Assembly: GCA_051294375.1 (NCBI GenBank) | Contig: CM119269.1 | Span: 3,204,026-3,268,025, forward strand | DNA: 64,000 nucleotides | Origin: Paraspadella gotoi | Taxonomy: Eukaryota; Animalia; Chaetognatha | Reading direction: 5' to 3' | Part shown: one piece after another, positions 14,659 to 24,679 of the stretch | Numbering within the stretch: position 1 is the stretch's first letter | Layout: every line of letters begins with the position of its first letter | Made by a program: the position numbers and the translations under genes | The notes under the pieces: model-generated | The model's input: the letters and a program-made list of their open reading frames with translations, nothing else | The model's database searches: none | What the model was told of the DNA's origin: nothing

Positions 14659-15204
14659 AGAGAGAAGAGAGAGAGAGACCAGAGAAGAGAGAGACCGGAG
14701 AGAGATTCGGTCTCAGAACAATACNNNNNNNNNNNNNNNNNNNNNNNNNGATTTTCCTCTTCGCCGCGGTCTTTGATTAATCCGGAAAAAAACAAGTTAA
14801 TCCTCGGAATAAAAGAAATTAAAATACAACGAATGTACTTTACGTTTACTTTTCTTTCTCTTCGGAATCGCTTGATGTCGCCACCCGCCTCGTCCTCCCT
14901 TTCTTTTTTAAATCATTCGTTGTTCTTTTTTTTCTTACTCGACTTGTTGGGTCTTTTTCTTTTTCTTTTTCTTTTTTTGACTTTTTACTCATTTTCTGAA
15001 AGAGATAAGACTAATTTAAGTTTGGCCTCTTTTCAGATTCCCGCTTGGCGATTGAGTGCCTGAGAAGTAAAGCGTGAGTTATAGGAAAGAAAGAAAGAAA
15101 GGAAATGAAGAAAGGAAAAAAAGAAAGGAAATGAAGAAAGAAAATAAAAAAGAAAGGAAAGAAAAGAAGAAAAAAAGGGAAAAAAAGAAAGAGAGAGAGA
15201 AAAA

Positions 15205-15264
<60 letters not shown>

Positions 15265-15434
15265 AATAATGGAGAATTTTCTTTAATCCTGATTGAAAAA
15301 TTAAATCCCTCGGATTTCTTTTCCTTTTCTTTTGTTATACATTATGATTATGTCAAATGAAATACGATCGCAACAAAATTACAGACGGAATTTTTCTTTG
15401 AAGAATTTTTATATTTCAATCTCTCAATCGTTGC

Positions 15435-15580
15435 TTCGTTTCTTCGTTCCTTCGTTTCTTTGTTTCTTCGTTCCTTCGTTCCTTCGTTTCTTCGTTCCTT
15501 CGTTTCTTTGTTTCTTTGTTTCTTCGTTCCTTCGTTTCTTCGTTTCTTCGTTTCTTCGTTCCTTCGTTCCTTCGTTCCTT
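15435..15580. repeat. 8-bp tandem repeat (TTCGTTTC/TTCGTTCC)n
   Basis: Directly visible. Confidence 0.85.
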
Positions 15581-16114
15581 CAGAGCCGCTCATAACTTCA
15601 GACGTCCCGAACGTTAAGCTCATAATTCAAACAATAATTATACTAATATCTACATTATATCTTTTTTTTTCCTTAAAAGGATCATCATCACATTCACATG
15701 ATAATTGATCGTGTATTTCGAACGCCAGTACGGACAAGCTTCGGGTATTTTAATGAAAGAACTTCCCTCCCATAATAACCTTTCACCTGAAATTCTTTTC
15801 TTTTTTCTTTTTTAATGCAATTTTTATTTTCTACTCGTAGAAAACTGAAAAAAAAATAAAATAATAAAAGAAACTTCGTCGAAAAAAAAAGTTTTGAAGA
15901 ATTCGTGTTTTTCTCCACACATCACACACACAAAAAATAAATTCACCTCATCTCTCTTCGACTCACCCCTTCCTCCTCCTCCCCTCTCTCCTCCTCCTCC
16001 TCCTCTCCGTCACCCCCCCCGCACCACCCCCACCTACCATCTGCGCTTTCATCTGGAAAAAGAAAATACTTCGGCCTAATTACGAATTGATTTTCTCCAA
16101 ATGGGCGAAGAGAC

Positions 16115-19100
16115 ATGAACGGGGGTAACGATACTCCACCGTCGTCGTCGTCGTCGTCGTCTTTATCGTCGTCGGCGGCTGCAAACTCGGCGTCGTCTTC
16201 GACATCTTCTCACCCCAGCCAGACTCAAACATCCGGTCGCGTCGAAACTAAACTCCAGCATGGACATCAAATTCAGCATCAACAGCATCCGCCCACGCCG
16301 CAACAACGTCGACAGATCCGACCGGAAGCTCCGCCGACCCCGCGACTTCCGCCAGCGTCGGGGAAGCGTCCGCCGCCGCCACCGCCCACGGATGACTATG
16401 ACGACGACGACGCCGCTACCGCGACGCCGCCGACACGAAAATCTCCTTCGCGCTTCGACACGGCGCCGCTGCCGTCTCGACACGACGCCGCCGCTGCTTC
16501 CGGAGACGATTTAAGTCGTATTAGACACGCCGCTGCGTCGGCCGCGTCGGCTGCATCGGCTGCTACAACTTCAGGGACTTCGTCGGCGACGGATTGTAAA
16601 TCGACGCAGCGAGGTTTTTTGCAGGCGGCGTCCTTCGTGTTTCCGCCGCCGCCGCCGGAATCGCCGCCGCCCACGCCGATTCCCAACGGCGCGGGAAGAA
16701 GCGCTTCTCCTGAAAAATCTCCCAAATCCTTTACGTTGCCTTCGAAAACGTCGCGAAAAAACAAAAGAACCGTCCTAGAATCGTTTCAGGGTTTCGCCGC
16801 CGGTCCGACAGGTGGCGACCGCGACGGGGATTCGCGAGGCGACGAAAAGACACAAAAGAACATCGGCGGAATCTCGTCGATCGGTGCTAATTTTATCGCC
16901 AGGAAAAACTCTAAATACGAAGAAGACGGAGATCGGCGGGTGTTCAAAGGAAAGTACGAGTTGGTGGGAGATAAGGACGAACTTCATCCGGCGAACGGCG
17001 AAGGACGAAAGACGAACGACGGACAGACGTTTCGATCCAAGGACGAACAGTTGGCGGCGGCGACTCTCGATTCTCGCCGATCGACGTCGCGATCGAACCC
17101 GTCCTCTTCCCCGCCCTCCCCGCCCTCTAAGACCCGCCCTTCATCCCATCTTCAGCGCGTCATCGTCGTCATCGTCGCCTTCGGCTCTCTCGTCTGTCTC
17201 GCTCTCGCCGTCTACTTCAACATCCAACTCTCGCACATGCAAGCCAAGTTGCGTACGGTCGACGCCTTGGAAATGCACGTGCAAAAGTACGGAGTTGAGA
17301 TTCAGGGCTTGCAGGTGAGAGAGAAAGGTGACTTTTGTATTGATAGATGATGGCATGAACTTGTCATTATCTTAATTTCAAATATTAGACATAAAATATT
17401 GATAAAAATTTGAATTTAAGATTTTGAAATCGCAATCACATTTAATGCCTAACACGCAAACTGCTTCCCAGCTACAAAGATAGTTCATGTGTTCATTAAG
17501 TTGACGACAAAGTTATAATTTACATATAAATTGTCCCGCCAGGCGTCGCTCAACGCGCATTTCCTTCATTTTTCATCCGCGCTTCAAGAGAGAGAACTCG
17601 AAATTCGGAATCTGCAAAAAGCGATTTCGTCGTCGTCGTCATCGTCGTCGTCGTTGCCACATCGGGCGTACGACCACCATCGTCGTTCCCGCCGAAGTCC
17701 GTATGACCGGATGCAACGTGGTTTCTACAACGACGACAGGACCAAGTGCAATTGTCCCGTGGGACCCCCCGGACCCCCCGGGCATCCAGGCCCGCCCGGT
17801 CGCAGGGGTCGTCGGGGCGAGCCCGGAGCTGTCGGGCCCATGGGGCTGCAGGGTCGAAGCGGCTTTCCCGGCCCCATCGGTCTCAACGGATCCAAAGGAG
17901 AGAGAGGTGAGATTTGTAGTTTATTTTTTCTATTTGTTTTTCATTCTTTTTTTTTTTCCACTATTTTATTTTTATTTTTGCTTTTTTTAAATTCTATTTC
18001 GATTTACTTTCCATTTTCTTTATTTTGTTTTCTTTTGCTTTCTTTTGTTTTCTTGCTTTCTTTTCTTTGGTTTTCTTTTTTCTATTCTTTTCTTTCCATT
18101 CTTCTTTTCTTTCTTTTCTTCTTTTCTTTTCTTTTTATTTCTTTTCTTTTCTTTTCCTCTCACTTCACTCCCTCATCCCTTTCTTCTCTCACAGGCGAAA
18201 AAGGCGACCCAGGCGAATCGGGTTATCCCTCGGACGGAAACACGGAAGGCGAAAACATGATTCCTCGTCCGGCAAAGTCAGGGTAAGTTAATTTTGTAAC
18301 TGGTCGTTGGATCGTCTTATACTAAACTATCGAGTTTAAGACTAATTAACTAAACTAATAAAATATTAAATATTCTTCAGGTATTCAACCTACAAGCGAT
18401 CTGTTCGCTATCCCGATGGATCATTGGGCTACGAACACATAATCGCCATCAAAGGAGAAGCGGGCCCGCCGGGTCCACCAGGGCTGTCGGGGGCGGCGGG
18501 CCCACCGGGGCCCGCGGGCCAACCGGGATCTCCGGGGCCGAGAGGAATACCTGGTTCGTATTTTGATTGAGTGTAAATTGCGAACCAGAATTATTTTTAG
18601 CCGGACCTGCTTACAGCAGATTCCAGCTCTATAATTCACTTTGTTGGTCCGTCGGTCCGCCCCCCCAATCTTGTCGGGCATCGAATTATGATAAATTATG
18701 CAAAAAAAAGTGATGTCCGTCCGTCCGTTCGTCCTTCCGTCTTTCCGTCCGTCCCACCTTAGCAAAAAACACCAATTACTCGTGATTGGATGGATGGATT
18801 GAAATAAAAATTTTGTTTGTGGGACGGAAAGTGTGTGATTGTGCAGGAAATAAACTTTCGATGGAATCGTCCACGTGGAAATGAGTTAAAATAGAAAAAA
18901 CAAAAAATCTATTTCACTATTTGATTATGCTTTTTTATTTTTATATTAAATGTAAATTAGAGCAGCATTAATTAATTATTAATAAATAAGTAATTAATTT
19001 ATTATTAATTATCTGTAATCAATTAATTGATTAATTTTGTGATCGAGATTGTTGTTTTGTGATTGAGAGGCGAGACAAAGTGGAAAACGATTTTGACACA

Positions 19101-20760
19101 AATAAAAAAATAATATTAATTTATTATTTAATTAATTAATTAATTAATTAATTAATTAATTAATTAATTATCTGATCAGCTGCTTACCGCTAATGATCGT
19201 GGGCAGATCCGGCATTGTTTTCTCAAACTTGTTTTTTAGTAACTAAATTTATCCTCATAATGTTTTTGTAAAATAAATTCCTGCAATCCAATTTCATTAA
19301 AATCCTCCAGGTTTAGACGGTCTCCCTGGCCCGCCCGGCGAAATCGGCCCCGACGGGCTGCCCGGCCCAAACGGAAGGCCTGGCAAGGAGGGTAAACAAG
19401 GTCCGTCGGGCATCGACGGATACCCTGGCTTGCCGGGCCCCAAAGGCTCTACGGGTGAAAAGGGAGAGAAGGGGGATTCTCCCCCAGCCCAAACCGTCCC
19501 TCTCGTCGACCCACAAGACAACTCTATCCGTCTAGTGGCCGGACCACCCGGTCCTCCAGGCCCAAAAGGCGACCAGGGCGAGCACGGCCTTCCAGGGCTC
19601 TTGGGCGAACGAGGCCTCCCAGGGCCACCTGGGGAGAAGGGCGAGAGGGGTAGGCGGGGTCGCCGCGGCAGAGAGGGCAAGTCCGGAGTTCAGGGTCTGC
19701 CCGGTCCTTCCGGCGACGTTGGGCCGATTGGGCCGCAAGGAGCAAGGGGTCCGGAGGGTCCGCCCGGAGAAAAAGGCTCCATAGGATTCCCTGGTCAACA
19801 GGGTGAAGAGGGCCCTCCCGGTGTGCCCGGCTTGGACGGAGTTGACGGAGTGCCCGGCAGGGACGCGGCCAAGGGAGAATCGGGAACGCCCGGGCTAAAG
19901 GGAGAGGTCGGACTGCCCGGTCCTTCTGGTCAGATTGGAGCGCCGGGTCTGCCCGGGCCGCCAGGGGCGCCTGGTGGCGGAGGAGGCGGAGCAGACGCGG
20001 AATTTGGCAGCGGCGATGGAGTGGCGGTTCCGGGGCCGCCAGGGCCTCCGGGCCCGATGGGGCCCATGGGGCTGCAAGGTAAATTTATTAATTCACTCAT
20101 CGTGTCAGTAAAAGTGATATTTGTATTTGATTTCTGTAAATTTTATATATTTTATTTACGAAATTAAAGCCGTATGAGAATGAGCAAAACAAATTTCATT
20201 AGTGGCTTCATATTAAAAATATAAATTTTTAAATTAAAATATAAAAATTATATTTAACAGACAAATAAATTAAATTTTAGCCATGTATTTTCTATGTCAT
20301 CTTCAGTGACATATTTTCTCTCTTGCAATGTATTCCAATATGAAGTTAACAAACTTACATTGTATTATTTTAACTCAGCATGCGATGACGTATAAGAAAT
20401 TTTATATTTATTTAAAAAAAAAATTATTCGTATAATTATCATACTTTTTTCTCACACTCAACAGGCGCTCCAGGCATCAAAGGTGATACAGGCCTGCAAG
20501 GACCGAAAGGCGGCAAGGGCGAATCCGGGGACTCAGGCCCCATGGGTCCAATGGGTCTGCCTGGTGCTCAGGGTACAGACGGACAGCCGGGTCTCCCCGG
20601 ACCCATGGGAGAACCTGGTCCGGAAGGGACGCGAGGCCGCAGAGGCAGAAAGGGCGACAGGGGCGAGAAGGGTCATCAAGGGGTTCCCGGTCTGGACGCT
20701 CCGTGCCCGCTCGGGCCGGACGGGCTACCCCTTCCCGGTTGCGGATGGCGTCCCTTATAG
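16115..20760 (+). CDS. col-99: MACIT-family type II transmembrane collagen, paralogue 1 (collagen XIII/XXIII/XXV-like), 6 coding exons, ~962 aa
   Basis: Exons read from sequence with GT-AG sites and consistent phases: 16115-17314, 17543-17906, 18195-18282, 18381-18553, 19311-20078, 20465-20760 (2889 nt, in frame). The protein has a Ser/Pro-rich N-terminus, a TM helix [20 protein letters not shown] (~17159-17218), a coiled-coil-like segment, furin site RRSRR (17681-17695), [10 protein letters not shown] and interrupted Gly-X-Y tracts. The C-terminus [23 protein letters not shown] matches the MACIT NC4 signature known from COL13A1/COL23A1/COL25A1. The symbol indicates family-level orthology only. 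Confidence 0.92.
18594..19220 (+). mobile_element. Non-autonomous Helentron-associated (HINE/DINE-1-like) interspersed element in intron 4 of collagen 1
   Basis: It starts TTTTTAG..., contains (GTCC/GTCY)n microsatellite blocks and ends ...cagatccggcattgttt in a T-run. Its 5' ~190 bp recurs inverted at 24243-24472. Family assignment is by architecture only. Confidence 0.45.
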
Positions 20761-21378
20761 TCAATCGTTGATTCGCTTTGCCAATTGAAGAACTTTCATA
20801 TGATATTAGTGCTATTTTATAAGGACATAATCTTCCCATTGTTACGACTTATGACAGCTAAAAAAATTGTTATTGTTCGTTTTTTTTTTCGTTGAGATGC
20901 ATGAGATTTTTGTTTTTACATACAATATATAATAAGTTGTGTTTTTATTGATTTATCGTTTTTATGTATTTAGATTTTTAACGTTCGTTTTAATCTTGTT
21001 TACGACTATTATTGAAAGCGCGAAATCAAATTTTGACACTTTATTGCTGTAAAATAATTGTTTAAATCGTTTTTTTAATTTGTAAATACAAATGTAATTA
21101 TACTTTTAAATACGCCCAGAAAACAGTAAAAACAACAGAATCATTGTAATTTAAGTTAGCGCCGAGTCTGTATTAGTGAAAAAAAATCTTCAAACGATAT
21201 CTTGAAAAGCTAAATATTCATTTGTCTTTCGTAGAAATTGGAAATAAAGGAAAAAATATTAAAAGTTCAAATTTACATGTTCGAAAAAGTCGTTTCTAAA
21301 ATATAGATAAAATATTAACTTTTCTATCCTTTTTTTCACTTTTTTCTCTCATCCCTGTCTCTACCTTTGGATTTTCAG

Positions 21379-22419
21379 GTAAGTTCGAAAACCAACCACT
21401 ATACATTAAGTGAGAGTCTTCAAGTTGGGACCAAATTATATCTCGAAGTTTTTCAAATATCCGCTATCTAATGTTCTCTTTCGTTTACCCATTCTTTCCT
21501 GCGTTAATACTGTTTGTACGTCAACATCTTTCGCACTTCGACGCCGTTGTCGACTCCCATCGCTTATGTTGTTATTTTCATTGGAGAGACTGTGACAACT
21601 CTACTCCGCATCCCATTTGCATGGCGCCACTTGACTGTGACCAAACCGAAACGTTGGGCCTTGTTTATCGCCTTTGCTTTTCATCCTTTGGCGCGCCGCA
21701 GCAGCCGTCATGCCGCTGAGCGCCTCCTCCGCTATATTCTCCTCTGGCGTTCTCTTTTTTCCAATTTTAACGACAGCACCTCGTCGACAGTGCATATACG
21801 TCGTCGATGTGGGTGCAGTCATAGGTGTAACAATAGGCTGCTGCTAGTGACAAACCCGCCCTTTCTCTTTGGCTTCCCATTCTCAGCGCCATTCTGGTCT
21901 TACCTCTTTGCCATTTTTGGTCGCAATGGATGAAATGATGACCCCTTTCTTTTATGGCGCGATCGCTGATCAACACTGGTCCGACTTTCTTGTCTTGCGT
22001 TCGATCTTCAGTTGTCGCCGCAGTGTTCTTTGGAATCGCCGATGTTTTTTTCAGGATTTTCGTCTGCGCCATCGACGGCGTTGGTGGCCGCGGCGTTCGT
22101 AGGAAGCATCTCAACTATATACAGACCCGCGCAACAGGTCGGTTGCGCTGAGTTGGAAGATTTAGACGAAGGTCTCGCCGGAATATTTGGAAATGTTCTT
22201 CGCGTCGGGACCATCGCGATTACGACGTTCATGGCGATGGATTTTTTTGGAGAGAATCCTCAGACGTTGGTTACAGTGGGCGTGGTCGTCATCTTCGTCG
22301 CCATCATCGTGGCGACGTTGTTGAAAGGAAAAAAGAATGAAGAGAACGGGAAAAAAAGACGAAGAGGACGAGAAGCAGAAACTGGATATGGAAACAGAAA
22401 AACTGAGAGAAAAAAATGA
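21379..22419 (+). pseudogene. SLC35G/EamA (DMT superfamily)-like multi-pass transporter, frameshifted (pseudogene or sequencing errors)
   Basis: Switching frames gives ...AAAVMPLSASSAIFSSGVLFFPIL...VDVGAVIGVTIG/LLLVTNPPFLFG... and ...TTFMAMDFFGENPQTLVTVGVVVIFVAIIVATLLK plus a charged tail. This resembles the SLC35G1 segment M.L.DATVI.FSSPVF...GVILIVRPPFLFG and the last EamA hairpin. It is preceded by a strong acceptor (TTTTCAG ending 21378). At least 4 frame switches are needed. Confidence 0.6.
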
Positions 22420-22491
22420 GGCTTATAATTATAGTTATATCAGTCAAGAATTTTCTCTTCTTTTTGTAGCATCCGTTGAAATTGTCTTTGG

Positions 22492-24045
22492 TCATTATCT
22501 ACTGATTATTAAAATATTCTTGTTAATAATTCTGCGTCCAGAAGCTAAGTGCAACGACTTGAAAATAATTTGATATCAAGCTAAGCTGCTAAATAAATAA
22601 CTCAATTGAGCCGTCAAATCTTTCATTCAATTTATGTAAATTAAATTAAATCGTTCAATTAATCGATGATTGAATCTATCATTGACTTTAAAAATTTAAA
22701 AATCGAAGAGTCTTTTCGTCATTGAGCGTTTGCCTTTTGTTTAATTTAAACATATTGGAAAACGGCGCCTCTGTTTTCGGAAAATGTAAAACTTAAGTTT
22801 CAGAGAAGCGAAAAAAACAAAATTCAGGCTGTCTTTTTCCTTTTAATGTTTACTACTTACGAGTTACGTATACTTACATTTATCTTTTGAGGCATGGTAA
22901 GTAGTTTTGTATTTTTAAATGTCTAACTTATTTCCCACTGTGCATCACAAATATTTTCTTTAAAGGTAATAANNNNNNNNNNNNNNNNNNNNNNNNNNNN
23001 NNNNNNNNNNNNNNNNNNNNNNNNNNNNNNNNNNNNNNNNNNNNNNNNNNNNNNNNNNNNNNNNNNNNNNNNNNNNNNNNNNNNNNNNNNNNNNNNNNNN
23101 NNNNNNNNNNNNNNNNNNNNNNNNNNNNNNNNNNNNNNNNNNNNNNNNNNNNTTAGTGTTTACAATAATACTGATTACTGTATACTACTAAATCCCTTTT
23201 AAAAATGAAAAAAAAAGACAAAAAGCTTAAAAAAAAAGAAAANNNNNNNNNNCTGTCATGGCTCATTATCTACTGATTATTAAAATATTCTTGTTAATAA
23301 CTCTGCGTCCTGAAGCTAAGTGCAACTACTCGAAAATAATTTGATATCAAGCTAAGCTGCTAAATAAATAACTCAATTGAGCCGTCAAATCTTTCATTCA
23401 ATTTATGTTAAATTAAATGAAATCGTTCAATTATCATCTATCATTGATTTTAAAAATTTAAAAATCGAAGAAAATTATTCGTCAATGAGCGTTTGCCTTT
23501 TGTTTAATTTAAACATATTGGAAAACTGCGCCTCTGTTTTCGGAAAATTTATAACTTAAGTTTCAGAGAAACGAAAAAAACAAAAATTCAGGCTGTCTTT
23601 TTCCTTTTTAATGTTTACTACTTACGAGTTACGACGTAAAAGTTCGAATGTGGACTTAAGTTAAGATTATATTTTGAGGCTTGGGAAGTATTTTTTAATT
23701 TTTTAAATGTCTATGGCGACGTGACCCACGTGACCTAAAGCGTCCTTCATATGTCTAACTTATATCCCACTGTGCATCACAAATATTTTCTTTAAAGGTA
23801 ATAANNNNNNNNNNNNNNNNNNNNNNNNNNNNNNNNNNNNNNNNNNNNNNNNNNNNNNNNNNNNNNNNNNNNNNNNNNNNNNNNNNNNNNNNNNNNNNNN
23901 NNNNNNNNNNNNNNNNNNNNNNNNNNNNNNNNNNNNNNNNNTTAGTGTTTACAATAATACTGATTACTGTATACTACTAAACTTTGAAATAAGAATCCCT
24001 TTTAAAAATGGGAAAAAAAAGACAAAAAGCTTAAAAAAAAAGAAA
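22492..24045. repeat. Direct duplication of ~750 bp (22492-23242 and 23263-24045), likely two uncollapsed haplotypes
   Basis: Both copies start tcattatctactgattattaaaatattcttg and carry an N-gap at the same position (after aaaggtaataa, before ttagtgtttacaataatac). They are separated by a 10-N gap. Confidence 0.85.
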
Positions 24046-24242
24046 CTGACCTACATCAGTAAAAAAAAGAAAAACAAATCTGACAAAACAAAACAAATGA
24101 GGAAACAGAAATTAAAGGAGAGATTTGCCATTTAAAACTCGTTTTTTTTTCTCACTCGGCGATTCCATCGAAACTTATATCCAGTTCAATCACAACAATT
24201 TACTATCAACACAAGAATTTAATTTAAATCATCATCATCAGG

Positions 24243-24472
24243 CAGTATTGGTGTTTTTTGCTAAGGTGGGACGGACGGACGGACGACGGACGGACGGACA
24301 GACGACCGGAGGACATCATTTTTTTGCATAATTTATCAGTAATTCGATGTTTCTGACAGTGATATAAGTGTGTGCCGAGCAATATTGAGGGGGCGGGACC
24401 GACGGAGCCGAAGTGAGATTATACAAAGTGAGTTATTAGAGTGATCTGCTGATAAGCGATCCGACTAAAATA
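24243..24472 (-). mobile_element. Second, partial copy of the GTCY-microsatellite interspersed element
   Basis: Reverse complement of 18594-18780 (gtattggtgttttttgctaaggtgggacggacgg...tttttgcataatttatca..aattcgatg). Confidence 0.6.
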
Positions 24473-24679
24473 TTCAAAAAGAAATAATTAAATATATTGA
24501 TACAGAAAAAATAAAATTTTTATAAAGTATTTTTAAAATTATATTCAATGATAAAGGTGGCCTATAAGACTTCCCCATATGTATCCTATCAGAACATACA
24601 ATTCTAGCCATGGTGTTCTTATCCCTATGGTAAAAAAAAATCATATATAAGTTGGTCCTCATAAATTTATGGTTCCAAA

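Noticed and set aside
19297-20839. Minus-strand and alternate-frame ORFs over the collagen exons (also 39758-41975)
   Set aside because: Shadow ORFs of GC-rich Gly-X-Y coding sequence.
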